64,000 nucleotides of DNA from positions 1-64,000 of the forward strand of contig CAVUHW010000008.1 in the NCBI GenBank assembly GCA_963741205.1, given 5' to 3'. Source of the stretch: Nitrospirota bacterium (lineage in GTDB: Bacteria; Nitrospirota; UBA9217). A program made the translations under genes and the position numbers. The notes under the pieces are model-generated. The model saw only the letters and a list, made by a program, of their open reading frames with translations. It had not been told where the DNA came from and did not search any database. Below are positions 53,267-63,922 of this stretch, in pieces (positions within the stretch are counted from its first letter, which is position 1; the number at the start of each line of letters is the position of its first letter).

Positions 53267-54086
53267 GTGATTCCTTATCCTCACATAAATCCTGAAATCG
53301 TACGCATCGGCCCCGTTCGCCCTGCGATGGTACGGACTCATGTACGCGGCCGGGTTTGCAGCATCCTATGTGCTGGTCAGACGACAAATTAGTGAGCTGA
53401 ATCAAAGGACAGGGGGGAAGGGCCGTGAACAGAAAGGCGTCGTGTTCCCGGAAGCCTTTCTTGATTCTCTCTATACCTACCTGGTCCTCGGCCTCATCCT
53501 CGGCGCCAGGCTGGGATATGTGCTTTTTTACGATCTGGCGAGCTATGCGGGTAAACCTCTCGAGATATTCGCGGTCTGGCACGGCGGCATGTCCTTCCAC
53601 GGAGGCATGATCGGTACTCTCCTGGCGGGCTATCTGTGCTGCAGGAAATATCGTGTCGATTACTGGCTGGCCGCCGACCTCGTCGTCGTAACCGCTCCCA
53701 TCGGGCTCGGCCTGGGAAGGCTCGGGAACTTCATCAACGGAGAGCTCTACGGCAGGGTGACCGACGTGCCCTGGGCCATGGTGTTTCCCGGGGGAGGCCC
53801 GCTGCCGCGGCATCCGTCGCAACTCTATGAGTTCGGACTCGAGGGCGTGCTGCTGTTCACGATCCTCTGGATTGCCAAGGACAGACGACACGCGCCGGGG
53901 ATGATGACGGCCCTCATCCTCATGCTCTACGGCCTGTTCCGATTCCTGGTGGAGTTTTTCCGGGAACCTGATGCTCAGCTCGGTTTTATCGCAGGTCCTT
54001 TTACCATGGGGCAGGTCTTGAGCGCACTCACGGCGGCAGTCGGGATTGCCCTGTATTTCTTCCGGAAGAGAGCAGCCGCGGTCTGA
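53267..54086 (+). CDS. lgt: prolipoprotein diacylglyceryl transferase (indel near 53310)
   Basis: RWYGLMY, GARLGY, GGMSFHGG, GRLGNFINGELYGR, HPSQLYE. Confidence 0.96.
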
Positions 54087-54121
54087 GCTTTCCTTAATAT
54101 AAAACGAGGGAGGTCTGTGCA

Positions 54122-55253
54122 ATGAGCGAGGGTGGAGTCATTTCCTCGGAAGAGCTGAAAAAGAGGCTGGATGATAAGCAAGTGGACTTCCTGCTCGACC
54201 TCAGGAACGAGGACGAGTTCAAGTCCTGGCGTATCGAGGGGCGTGCGGATTTCGAGGCATTGAATATCCCCCAGGAAGAGTTCGTGGGTGAAGAGGAGCG
54301 TCATCTCGCCAAATTCCCGAAGGGAAAGGAAATCGTGACCGTTTGCGCCCATGGTGACTCGTCGAAGTATGCCGCAGAGCTGCTCCAGGGCCTTGGCATC
54401 AGCGCCGTCAGTCTCAAGGGCGGCATGGACGCCTGGAGCGGATTTTATGAGACGCACAAGATCGCCGATGACCCTACCATCTATCAGATCTATCGCGTGG
54501 CGCGAGGTTGCCTGGCCTATCTCGTAGTATCGCAAGGCGCCGCCGTCGTGATCGACGCGGCCCGCCATCTCGACCGCATCGAGAACCTCGCGGCCTCGCA
54601 GAACTTACGAATCGACAAAGTTTTCGACACCCACCTTCATGCAGACCACATCTCGGGAGGCCGGGAGCTTGCCGAAAAGTCAGGCGCTGCCTACTATCTG
54701 CATCCGGCTGACGCGCGATGGCGCACGATACCCCTATGTTCCCTTCGCGGACAATCAGATCTTCATTTTCGGAACGAACATCATCGAGGTAATCCATTCC
54801 CCCGGACATACACCCGGAAGCACGTCGTTCCTGCTGAACAACAGATATCTCTTCACCGGGGACACGATCATGAAAACCGGCATCGGGAGGCCGGACCTCG
54901 GGGGGAAGGCCGCCGAATGGGCTTCGCTTCTTTATGATACTCTCTTCAGGCGATTCAAGGGTCTTGACGACAGGGTCATCGTCCTGCCGAGTCATTCATC
55001 GTCAGTACGGGAGCAGGACGGCAGCGGCGTCATCATGACGACCATGGGCCGGGCGAGGAAGGAGCTGGACCTGTTTCAGATCCGGGATGAGGCAGCCTTC
55101 ATTCGATACATTCAGAAAAACCTGCTGGAGAACCCGGAGCGTTATCAGGACATTCGCAAGGCGAACCTCGGAATAGCGAGGTTCGATGAGGCCAGGCAAA
55201 AGGAACTGGAGATAGGCAAGAACGTCTGCGGGATGGCAACGAAGGGTGGATAG
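54122..55253 (+). CDS. rhodanese + metallo-beta-lactamase fold protein (persulfide dioxygenase-like; indel near 54720)
   Basis: Rhodanese VCAHG; THLHADHISG, PGHTPG, FTGD, GRPD. Confidence 0.9.
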
Positions 55254-55335
55254 TTTGGAGCATGGGGGCCTCAAGACCTGCGGGGATGACCGAGTCGGTC
55301 ATGTCGGGGAGGAATGAATACGATGGTTGTCCCGA

Positions 55336-56238
55336 TCATGAGCGATCTTTCGGAAAGGAAACGGCTGCGAGCGCGTTCATGGGGCCCACGGTCTTCAGCC
55401 GCTCAAGCTGATGTTCATTTCGCACGAAAAATGATCCGGCAAAGGCCAGAGAGTTGATTGAAATGTCTTCGAAAAATTCTTTGGACCTTGGCACGAGCAG
55501 CATCCAGTCCCGGGTCACCAGGAGACAATAGGGCAGGGATTGTCGTATGCGACCTGATAATTGCGGGGCCGTCATCCCGACGCTGGAAAGCATCGTACGG
55601 TAGAGCTCGAAGGTCATCCGAGCCGCCTTTGGCGGTGAGCCGGCTAAATCTCCGTCGAAGCGAATGAAAGAGTGGAGGAAGGGAAATCCGGGCGCCACAC
55701 TCACGCCGCTTTTTGGCGACTGCGAGATCATGGGCTCGACCGGGATTGCCGGACCATTCGGTGCGAGGGGAAGCGGGACAAGCTGGAGATGCTTGTGCTG
55801 CTGGCTCGCGCCGGCTTCGCGGCCGCCGTTGTAAAATCCGAGACTGTTGTATTCCGCCATGCACAGCCAGAGCGCCTCAAAGTCAGGGAGCGTCAGCAGC
55901 ATGTCCTGGTCTTCGAACTCGCGGGTAACGATCAGAAGGTGGTTCTCCACGACGTTGAATTTGTTTAAAAGCGCCAGGTGTGTCTCCGAAATATCCGCAA
56001 CCGTGAGGTCCTTTTCGGGCGGAAGGAAGGGATTTGCATTTTCCCCTTTCTTGGTTTCCGCCTCCTGTTTCTCCCGCGCCTCATCCTTGCGCTGCAGGTT
56101 GGCGAGCACTCTTACGAAGAACCGTACTCCCTGGTCTTCAATATAAGCATGGTCCGTGGGGATCGGCACGAGAGCGCCTGCGGAAAGCGCATGCTTCGTG
56201 GTCGCAACAACTCTTTCCCACAGAGATCCTTTTTCCAT
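55336..56238 (-). CDS. Ap4A phosphorylase II / ATP adenylyltransferase
   Basis: NPFLP, LLNKFNV, FYNGG..AGASQQHKHLQ, LVPRS, INSLAFAG. Confidence 0.92.
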   Translation of the reverse strand: MEKGSLWERVVATTKHALSAGALVPIPTDHAYIEDQGVRFFVRVLANLQRKDEAREKQEAETKKGENANPFLPPEKDLTVADISETHLALLNKFNVVENHLLIVTREFEDQDMLLTLPDFEALWLCMAEYNSLGFYNGGREAGASQQHKHLQLVPLPLAPNGPAIPVEPMISQSPKSGVSVAPGFPFLHSFIRFDGDLAGSPPKAARMTFELYRTMLSSVGMTAPQLSGRIRQSLPYCLLVTRDWMLLVPRSKEFFEDISINSLAFAGSFFVRNEHQLERLKTVGPMNALAAVSFPKDRS

Positions 56239-56339
56239 TTTGCCCTTTCCTTGAAATTACGGCAAGATTATAACATATCGAGCGGGTAAAATCCGAACGC
56301 GGCCAGTGTCGCGAACGCCGAAGGGCGACGCCTGCGTGG

Positions 56340-56570
56340 TCAGGCTGCTTGATGTTTCAGCCGGTAGGTGATCCTTCCCCGGGTGAGATCGTAGGGGGAG
56401 AGCTCAACGGTGACGCGGTCGCCCGGCAGGATCTTGATATAGTGTATCCGGAGCTTTCCGGACAGGTGGGCCAGCACCATGTGGCCTCCCTCCATCTCGA
56501 CACGGAACATCGCATTGGGGAGCGCTTCAACGACCTGTCCCTGCACTTCTATGACATCTTCCTTGGCCAT
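56340..56570 (-). CDS. infA: translation initiation factor IF-1
   Basis: [20 protein letters not shown]...[28 protein letters not shown]. Confidence 0.97.
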   Translation of the reverse strand: MAKEDVIEVQGQVVEALPNAMFRVEMEGGHMVLAHLSGKLRIHYIKILPGDRVTVELSPYDLTRGRITYRLKHQAA

Positions 56571-56728
56571 GCCGAAACCTCTTTATTCCCCCTGTCAGAC
56601 TCGGCGGAATAAGAGCGCTCTTGCGCTTATATCTAAATTATAGCTCAATTCAGCCGTATGATACGGATCATAGCGACGCGGCCCCTTTTCCCTTATACTG
56701 TCATTACAAAAAAACAAGGAGGTGCCCA

Positions 56729-57187
56729 ATGAGCACGAACCATACCGTTGATTGTCCATCCTGTTCCTCGATCAAGACCGCCCCATCCGCAAATGACAAG
56801 GATGTCCGGCTCACGCAATGGCCGATCCAAATCAAGCTGATCGGCACGGCCGCGCCCTTTCTCGAAGATGCCGATCTTCTCGTGGCGGCCGACTGCACGG
56901 CCTTCGCGACGCCGGGGTTCCACGAGAAGTTTCTGCCGGGCAGGAAGGTCCTGATCGGCTGCCCCAAGCTGGATGACGCCATGCAGTACCTGTCGAAGTT
57001 CACCGAAATTTTCGGTACTGTGCCCGTCAAGAGAGTGACCTGCTTGAGGATGGAAGTGCCCTGCTGTGGCGGGATGACGGCGGTCCTGAAAGAGGCGATC
57101 GTCCGCTCCGGGAGAAAAATACCCATGACGGAAACGATCGTGGGCGTGAAGGGCGACGTTCTTTCGGAAAAGAGTATTTTGGAATAA
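56729..57187 (+). CDS. Cys-rich iron-sulfur-binding-like protein
   Basis: QWPIQIKL, AADCTA, IGCPKLD, MEVPCCGG. Confidence 0.8.
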   Translation: MSTNHTVDCPSCSSIKTAPSANDKDVRLTQWPIQIKLIGTAAPFLEDADLLVAADCTAFATPGFHEKFLPGRKVLIGCPKLDDAMQYLSKFTEIFGTVPVKRVTCLRMEVPCCGGMTAVLKEAIVRSGRKIPMTETIVGVKGDVLSEKSILE

Positions 57188-57429
57188 GACAGAAAAGGGG
57201 AACGAGGTATGCTGGCTGTCAATCCTGCCAGAGATTGACGATGCAACCCTCCGTTCCCCGTTTTCTTCGCCGGACGATCACGTAGCAGCTCTTGTCGGAC
57301 TTCTTGGCGAGTTTTTTGAACCCTTCCACGACCACGGCCACCATTTTCGTGTACCGATCATGCGGCGCCCTCTTCGAGCACCTGATCAACCGTGTCGCAG
57401 TCCGGATTGACGACCCGGTGTGTGACTTT

Positions 57430-57594
57430 TCATTTCAACGTTAATAAATCTTCAGAACCGCCGCCCTCACCGAGGGACGCGAATATTTTTTCCCTTCGCT
57501 CATCCGCAAGTTTGGCCACAGTAAAGCAGGACATCAGGGTCACCGTGAAAAAACCGCCTGTTATAAATACCAATGCACCCACGATCAAACTCAT
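57430..57594 (-). CDS. small single-TM protein (54 aa; not in the ORF track)
   Basis: MSLIVGALVFITGGFFTVTLMSCFTVAKLADERREKIF...; purine-rich SD; sigma-54 motif upstream. Confidence 0.55.
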   Translation of the reverse strand: MSLIVGALVFITGGFFTVTLMSCFTVAKLADERREKIFASLGEGGGSEDLLTLK

Positions 57595-57647
57595 CACTGC
57601 ACCCCTTGTATTCGCGGATTGTTGTTGAACCTACCTGTTAATTATTA

Positions 57648-57663
57648 AGCAAAAAAGTTGCCA
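57648..57663 (-). promoter_or_regulatory. sigma-54 (-24/-12) promoter
   Basis: Minus strand TGGCAACTTTTTTGCT (GG-N10-GC) in an AT-rich intergenic region. Confidence 0.65.
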
Positions 57664-57884
57664 TCATGCATTTGCTTTATAGTTCAGTAAGTTGTCAAGC
57701 TGCGCATGCCTGAAACTGTCGAAATATGAACATTCTTTGTATGTGAATAAATAAATATTGATCGCAACATGTTGAAATATAGGGAAACTGCTTGCTGTTT
57801 TGTCGTAATTCCGACAGCGACAATAATATGTCGTCGATTGAGGGGTTGCAAAGCGGAGCTGGAAGACGTGCTTGCTTGGACCGA

Positions 57885-58865
57885 TCAGAAGTTTTCGATG
57901 ACTGCCGCAGCGAAGAGAGGAAACATGATCTCGTGGTGGCCGGTGAGCGCAAAACCCCTGCCGCCGCCCTGGGTGGGCCTGCGCACGACATTGGTGTTGG
58001 GCCGGTAGTGCTGGACAAAGTCCATGTTGACCGTGGTGAAGTGCCGAAGCGGCTGCCCAAGGTTCCGCGCGAGGGTCACTGCCTTGAGGAATATCTCGGG
58101 CAGGAGCACCGCGGAGCCGAGGTTGATGTACACGCCGCCCTCAAGGTCCGAGACGAGCGAACAAAAGGCCAGAAAATCCCGATGCGACGCCTCGCCGGTC
58201 GCTCTACCGTCGAAGGAAGGGTGCATGTGGATAATATCGGTCCCGATGGCGACATGGACCGTAACCGGCACGCCGAGCCGGTGCCCGGCCGCGAGCAGGC
58301 TGTTGCCCTTGTAGGGAAAGTCGCCTGAATGTATCATCCTGCCGACGGCGGCGCCGATGCCCTCGTCCGCTCCGGCTGAGCCGATCGCCTGATTCAGCAT
58401 GCTGCCGGTCTCTTCGGCCATGCCGAAGGCGCCGGACAGGATCTCCCGGTCGACGTCCTCCGACGTCCGCCCGACGAACGCAAGCTCGAAGTCGTGGATG
58501 ATCCCCGCGCCGTTGAGCGACAGGCTCGTGATGATCTTCCGCTCCATGAGGTCTATAATGACGGGGTTCAGGCCGACCTTGATGGAATGGGCGCCCATGC
58601 CGAGCATGACGGGCCGATCGTCCTTCCGGGCCTGGGTCACGGCGGCCACAACGTCCTTGAGGTGACGCGACGCGAGAATATTCGGGAGGGACGCGATGAA
58701 ATCCTGGAAGCTCCCGCCTTTCACATGGGGACGGGAAAAATCATCGATCCGGACCTTGCTTTCGCGGCCCTTGATCGAATATGTTTTTACGCGTGAGACG
58801 TCGATCTTTTTCACTTGTGTAGTTACCGGATTATTTGCTATGGCTGCCGAACAGTTCTTCGTCAA
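57885..58865 (-). CDS. conserved protein with deoxyhypusine-synthase-like fold, coupled to gmhA
   Basis: GAHSIKVGL, NGAGIIHDFE, FGMAEETG, TVHVAIGTDIIH, GSAVLLPE, GHHEIM. Confidence 0.7.
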   Translation of the reverse strand: MTKNCSAAIANNPVTTQVKKIDVSRVKTYSIKGRESKVRIDDFSRPHVKGGSFQDFIASLPNILASRHLKDVVAAVTQARKDDRPVMLGMGAHSIKVGLNPVIIDLMERKIITSLSLNGAGIIHDFELAFVGRTSEDVDREILSGAFGMAEETGSMLNQAIGSAGADEGIGAAVGRMIHSGDFPYKGNSLLAAGHRLGVPVTVHVAIGTDIIHMHPSFDGRATGEASHRDFLAFCSLVSDLEGGVYINLGSAVLLPEIFLKAVTLARNLGQPLRHFTTVNMDFVQHYRPNTNVVRRPTQGGGRGFALTGHHEIMFPLFAAAVIENF

Positions 58866-59412
58866 CCAGCTGGCAAATGGTATGTCCGAGGGTGATATGC
58901 GTTTCCTGGATCCTCGGCGTCATTTTGGTCGGCACGATGAACGTGAAATCCGCGAGGCCTGCCATTCTGCCGCCGGTGCCGCCGGTCAGGGCGATGGTCT
59001 TCATCCCGTTCTTTTTCGCGACCTCCAGGGCCTTGATGACATTGGGCGAATTGCCGCTGGTGCTGATGCCGATCACCACGTCTCCCTCGTGCCCCAGGGC
59101 GCTCAATTGCTTGGAAAAGACCTGCGAAAAGTCATAATCGTTGCTGATGCAGGTAAGAAGCGCCGCGTCGGAGTTCAGGGCGACAGCGGGAAGGGGGGGG
59201 CGCTCGATGAGGAAGCGGTTCATGAACTCTGCGGCGATGTGCGAGGCATCCATGGCGCTGCCCCCGTTGCCGAAGAGGATGACCTTTCTACCCTCACGAA
59301 AGGCCTGGGCGATCAACTGGACCACTTCCACGATTTTGTCCGCGTTTTCCCTGGCGAACTTGATCTTTATCTGGGCGCTTTCCTCGAATGCTTTTAGGAT
59401 TGTTTCTTTCAT
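58831..59412 (-). CDS. gmhA: D-sedoheptulose-7-phosphate isomerase
   Basis: FGNGGSA.DA.H.AAE, ND, ISTSGNS, RIQE.H. Confidence 0.95.
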   Translation of the reverse strand: MKETILKAFEESAQIKIKFARENADKIVEVVQLIAQAFREGRKVILFGNGGSAMDASHIAAEFMNRFLIERPPLPAVALNSDAALLTCISNDYDFSQVFSKQLSALGHEGDVVIGISTSGNSPNVIKALEVAKKNGMKTIALTGGTGGRMAGLADFTFIVPTKMTPRIQETHITLGHTICQLVDEELFGSHSK

Positions 59413-59520
59413 GCCGCGCTCCTGGATCGGATATGAACATTTGCGCGTTCATTATATGGCAAGGGAGGGAAAAGTCAAGGCGAAAAGGCCGTCGTGAAAC
59501 GAGAGCGCCGCGTATCCGGA

Positions 59521-60309
59521 TCAGGAGCGCAGAAAATCTGCAAGTCTGCCGAATTCCTCGACGGAGAGGGTCTCCGCCCTGCGGCCGAGATCGATGCCCG
59601 TTTTCTCGGGTGCCGCGTCAAACTTCTCCCGGGGCAGGTCAAGTTGTCTCAGGGCGTTTTTGAGTGTTTTTCTGCGCTGGGAAAAGGCCGCCTTCACGAC
59701 GCGCAGGAAGAAGCCCTGATCCTGCACGGGAATCGCGGGCCCGCCGCGGACGAGAAGCGAGACGACCGCGGAATCCACGTCCGGCCTCGGCGTGAACGCG
59801 CCGGCAGGGACCGTGAATTCGATCCGCGGCTCCGTGTATAGTTGGACAAGCACCGAGAGATAGCCGTACTCCTTTCCCCCGGGGGGTGATGCGATGCGGT
59901 CCGCGACTTCCTTCTGGAGCATGAGCGTGAGGCTCACAAACTTGTCGCGGTGCGCTATGAGTACCTGGAGTACGGCGGTGGAAATGTAATAGGGCAGGTT
60001 GGCCACGACCTTCCAAGTGCCGGGGAGTGATTCGTAGGGATAGGCAAGGGCGTCCGCCTGGACGACTTCTACGTTCCGGCTCCCGCCGAATTCCTCGCGC
60101 AGACGGGGAATGAGTCTCTCATCCAACTCGATGGCGAGCACGTTTCCCGCCGAGGCGGACAATGCGCGGGTGAGGTGGCCGAGTCCCGGTCCGATCTCGA
60201 GGACCTTATCGCCGGTCTCCAGCCGGGCCGCGCTGACGATCTTGTGAATGTAGTGAGGGTCCTTGAGAAAATTCTGACCCAGAGACTTCTTCGCTCGAAT
60301 TGGATCCAT
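59521..60309 (-). CDS. rsmA: 16S rRNA adenine dimethyltransferase
   Basis: KKSLGQNFL, EIGPGLG, ANLPYYI, QKEVA.R, QRRKTL.N. Confidence 0.97.
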   Translation of the reverse strand: MDPIRAKKSLGQNFLKDPHYIHKIVSAARLETGDKVLEIGPGLGHLTRALSASAGNVLAIELDERLIPRLREEFGGSRNVEVVQADALAYPYESLPGTWKVVANLPYYISTAVLQVLIAHRDKFVSLTLMLQKEVADRIASPPGGKEYGYLSVLVQLYTEPRIEFTVPAGAFTPRPDVDSAVVSLLVRGGPAIPVQDQGFFLRVVKAAFSQRRKTLKNALRQLDLPREKFDAAPEKTGIDLGRRAETLSVEEFGRLADFLRS

Positions 60310-60336
60310 GGGTTCGGGAATCCCGCGCGCCCGCCG

Positions 60337-60783
60337 TCAGCGAAAAGCGCCCTCTCCCGAAAAGTCGACGCTTCCGTCCTCCCGGTTTTTGAAATGGGCC
60401 ATCATCCTCGTAACGACCCCCTCCGGGTCCTGGAACGGTTCGTCAGGTTGTAACTGGCTCAGTCGCTGCCGAAGATATTGTTCTTCCGCCTGCATAAGGG
60501 AAACGAACTGGATGCCGCCCCGATACCGATCGCCGTTTTTTTTGCACCACACGAGAAACCCGCACTTCTGACCGTAGACATGCTCCATGAACCAGATGAT
60601 GCCCGGCGTGATCGGATGATCGACCTCAATTCCCAGGCCGATTACGCTGAGATCGACAATGGTGACATTATGCTCCGTCCATGCGAGATCTTGAAACGAA
60701 ATGACGCCCAGCCTGCAGTCGCGAGTCGGAGTGACAGGGTGCCGCATTACTCCTTGTCTTCGCGTATATCTTTTTTCGTTCAT
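60337..60783 (-). CDS. PilZ-domain protein
   Basis: EKRYTRR and DLSVIG motifs, 'LVWC...YRGGIQF'. Confidence 0.75.
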   Translation of the reverse strand: MNEKRYTRRQGVMRHPVTPTRDCRLGVISFQDLAWTEHNVTIVDLSVIGLGIEVDHPITPGIIWFMEHVYGQKCGFLVWCKKNGDRYRGGIQFVSLMQAEEQYLRQRLSQLQPDEPFQDPEGVVTRMMAHFKNREDGSVDFSGEGAFR

Positions 60784-60804
60784 GATTCGAGCCGCCGCTT
60801 ACGA

Positions 60805-61239
60805 TCACCCGCTCTTCTTGGTCGCGTACATGAAGTCGACATAGCCGGCAATTTGCGTCTTGCCTTCATCTGAAACCTGACGGATCTTTCTCACCAGCTG
60901 GATCTCATCCATGCTCAAGAGCTTCGCAAGGTAGTTGCACTGTTCTTCCGAAAGGGGATAAATGCGTTTCTCACGTTTCAATTTCGATTGCGAGGGGGCG
61001 AGAAACAGGCCCTGCATCTCGGGGGGGACTTTCTCACGGTGCGCCGTCATGATCAGGATGGACTTGTCCAAGCCCAGCTTGTTGGCGATCACGATGAGGG
61101 TTTTGTCTTTCGGAACGTGCCGCCTGTTGATGGTGACTCTCAGGAGTTCGGGGCTTATGCCGAGAAACTTCGCTGCATCCTTCAGATTGTGGAACCCCTT
61201 CTTTTCGAGCGCCTGATTGATTATTTCGGCTATATTCAT
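60805..61239 (-). CDS. putative HTH (XRE-like) transcriptional regulator
   Basis: 'LKDAAKFLGISPELLR...P.DKTL..IA..LGLD'. Confidence 0.7.
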   Translation of the reverse strand: MNIAEIINQALEKKGFHNLKDAAKFLGISPELLRVTINRRHVPKDKTLIVIANKLGLDKSILIMTAHREKVPPEMQGLFLAPSQSKLKREKRIYPLSEEQCNYLAKLLSMDEIQLVRKIRQVSDEGKTQIAGYVDFMYATKKSG

Positions 61240-61383
61240 GGCACTGTTGTCCTCATATTGTTTTATTCAACCCGCGGTCTCTGTCACTCACTCGATGATG
61301 CTGATTTCAGGAGCACATCCCTTCGTCCAACTATAGCATAAGAATAAAAAAACATACAAGCTTTTTCAGAGGTCCACCGCCCG

Positions 61384-62253
61384 TTAGACCCGCATTCTGG
61401 GGTCCAGCTTGTCGCGCAGAAAATCTCCCAGGATGTTGAAGCTTATCACCGTGACGCTGATGGCCAGGCCGGGGAAGACCACCATCCAGGGCGCGGAGTT
61501 GATATAGGCCCGGTTCAGGCTGATCATCGAGCCCCAGGTTGGCGTAGGCGGCTGAACGCCAAGGCCCAAAAAGGAAAGCGCGGCCTCAAGCAGGATGAAC
61601 CCGCCGATGCGCAAGCTCCCTGCCACCAGAATGAGCGGCAGGGCGTTCGGCAGGATGTGGCGGTACAGGATGCGGGCAGGAGAGGCGCCGAGGGCGCGCG
61701 AAGCCTCTATGTAGGTCTGCTCTTTCAGGGTAAGGGTGATGCCACGCACTAGGCGCGCAAAGCCGGCCCATCCGACTAAGGTGATCGCGAGCATGGCAGA
61801 GGCGAGGCCCGGCGGCATGACCGCGCTGATGCCGATGGCGAGCAACAGGCTCGGAAAGGCCAGGAAGATGTCGAAAAACTGCGTAAGGACGGCGTCCGTC
61901 CTGCCGCCGAAGTAGCCTGAGATCAAGCCGAAAAAAATGCCGATACAGAGCGACAGGGCCGAAGCGATGATGCCCACCGCCAGGGAGATGCGCGACCCGT
62001 AAACCACGCGGGCAAGGACGTCCCGTCCCTTGCTGTCCGTGCCGAGCGGGTGGGCCTTGCTCGGCGGCTGCTTCAAACTGTCCAGATCCATGGCGAGCGG
62101 GTCTAATTTGGTGAGGTTCACAAGGGCCGGTCCGAGAATAGCGACAAGCGCAAGCGCGGCAATCACGATCACGGAGATCAGGGCCGGGACGTTGCCCTTA
62201 AAGTCCTTGAGAGAAAAAAGGTTTGTCATCCTTTTCGAATCCTCAATTGCCAC
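61384..62253 (-). CDS. peptide/nickel ABC permease (DppC/OppC)
   Basis: HPLGTD..GRD, EASRALGA, RHILPN, LSFLGLG. Confidence 0.94.
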   Translation of the reverse strand: MAIEDSKRMTNLFSLKDFKGNVPALISVIVIAALALVAILGPALVNLTKLDPLAMDLDSLKQPPSKAHPLGTDSKGRDVLARVVYGSRISLAVGIIASALSLCIGIFFGLISGYFGGRTDAVLTQFFDIFLAFPSLLLAIGISAVMPPGLASAMLAITLVGWAGFARLVRGITLTLKEQTYIEASRALGASPARILYRHILPNALPLILVAGSLRIGGFILLEAALSFLGLGVQPPTPTWGSMISLNRAYINSAPWMVVFPGLAISVTVISFNILGDFLRDKLDPRMRV

Positions 62254-63178
62254 CCTTGGTCCTCACGCGAGGATCAAGGAATTGGTACGAGATGTCAACC
62301 AGCAGGTTCATGGCAACAAAGACGACGGCTCCGAAGAGCACGACCCCCATGATGATCGGGTAATCGCGCTTGATGATCCCGTCGAGGGCGTAGCGGCCGA
62401 GGCCGTCCCAGCCGAAGATGGTCTCGGTCAAGACCGCCCCGTTCAGATAGGAGCCGAGGTCAAGGCCTATGAGTGTGATCACGGGGATGAGCGAGTTCCT
62501 GAGGGCGTGTTTCATTACGACGGTGGTTTCCGTCAGGCCCTTGGCCCGCGCAGCGGCGATGTAGGGTTGCGAAAGGGTCTCCAGCATGGAGGAACGCGTC
62601 ACGCGCACGATGTAGGACAGGGAAAACGTTCCCAGCGTCACGGCGGGCAAAACCAGGTAGACGGCGCCGCCGTCGCCCATGCCCGAGGGCGGGAGCCAGC
62701 GCAGATGGAAGGCGAAGATGAGCATCAGCGCGAGCCCCAGCCAGAACACGGGGATGGAAATACCGCCGACGGAGACGAGCGTGATCAGCCGGTCCCATAC
62801 GGTCCCTTTTTTGACCGCGGAAAATACGCCCATTCCGATGCCGAAGACCGAGGCAAAGAGCATGGCTGCCACGGCAAGCCTGAGCGTGTTGGGGAATTTC
62901 TGAAGAAGATCGTCCGAGATCCTTCTGTTGGTATAGTAGGACCGGCCGAGTTCGCCCGAGGCGATGAGCTTCAGGTAGCCGATATACTGGAGCGGAAGGG
63001 GCCTGTTCTGGCCGAGTTCCGCACGGATGCGCGCGACGGTCTCCGGGGAGGCGCGCTCTCCCGCCATGCCCGCTGCCGGGTCGCCGGGCAGTGCCTGCAT
63101 GAGGACAAAGGTAATGAGTGTGATGCCCAGGAGGGTGGGGATGAACAGAAGGACCCTTTTAAGGATATAGAGCGCCAT
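62243..63178 (-). CDS. peptide/nickel ABC permease (DppB/OppB)
   Basis: LPGDPA, ARAKGL, KHALRN, ETIF.W.GLG, LDPR. Confidence 0.94.
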   Translation of the reverse strand: MALYILKRVLLFIPTLLGITLITFVLMQALPGDPAAGMAGERASPETVARIRAELGQNRPLPLQYIGYLKLIASGELGRSYYTNRRISDDLLQKFPNTLRLAVAAMLFASVFGIGMGVFSAVKKGTVWDRLITLVSVGGISIPVFWLGLALMLIFAFHLRWLPPSGMGDGGAVYLVLPAVTLGTFSLSYIVRVTRSSMLETLSQPYIAAARAKGLTETTVVMKHALRNSLIPVITLIGLDLGSYLNGAVLTETIFGWDGLGRYALDGIIKRDYPIIMGVVLFGAVVFVAMNLLVDISYQFLDPRVRTKGGN

Positions 63179-63259
63179 GTATCGTCGATCTTACACAATC
63201 CCCTGGGAAATCGCAACGGGAAAAAGTTTCCAGAGGCGCTCTTCACCATCCGGTCGTCA

Positions 63260-63922
63260 TTATTTCCGGGAAACCGGCACGTAATACTGGGTGCCCTGCT
63301 TCATGCCCAGGATCTGCTTCAAGAGATCGTCGAGGTCTTCGCGCCGGTGCACATAGTCGATGTCCGAGGTGTTGATGACGAGGAGCGGGGTGTCGCTGTA
63401 GCGGAAGAAGAAGTTGTTGTACGCCTCGTTGACCGCCGCGATGTACTCGCGGCTGACCTCTTTTTCGAAAGTCCGGCCCCGGCTTTTGATGCGGCGTAGC
63501 AGTGTGTCCGTGTCTGCCTGGAGAAAGATCACGAGGTCGGGCTTCACGATCTTGGGCTCCAGGACCCGGTAGACCTGCTCGTACAGCGGCAGCTCGTGCT
63601 CGTCGAGAGTGAGGTAGGCGAAGATCCGGTCCTTGTCGAAGAGATAGTCGCTGATTGTGACCCGCGTAAAAAGGTCTGGCTGGAGCATTTCCCGCTGCTG
63701 GCTGAAGCGGTTCAGAAGAAAGAACATCTGGGTCTGGAACCGGAAGCGCTGCGGGTCTTTGTAAAAATCGGTGAGGAAAGGGTTCTTTTCCGCCTGTTCA
63801 AGGACGAGGCGTGCGCCGAGTTCATCGGCCAGGAGGGAGGTGAGACTCGTTTTTCCGACACCGATGGGGCCTTCGGTGACAATGTATTTTGTATGAAGAT
63901 GGGGGCCTTTTTTTACGGTCAT
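63260..63922 (-). CDS. deoxynucleoside kinase
   Basis: EGPIGVGKTSL, NPFL.DFY, SDYLFDKDRIFA, RGR.FE. Confidence 0.93.
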   Translation of the reverse strand: MTVKKGPHLHTKYIVTEGPIGVGKTSLTSLLADELGARLVLEQAEKNPFLTDFYKDPQRFRFQTQMFFLLNRFSQQREMLQPDLFTRVTISDYLFDKDRIFAYLTLDEHELPLYEQVYRVLEPKIVKPDLVIFLQADTDTLLRRIKSRGRTFEKEVSREYIAAVNEAYNNFFFRYSDTPLLVINTSDIDYVHRREDLDDLLKQILGMKQGTQYYVPVSRK

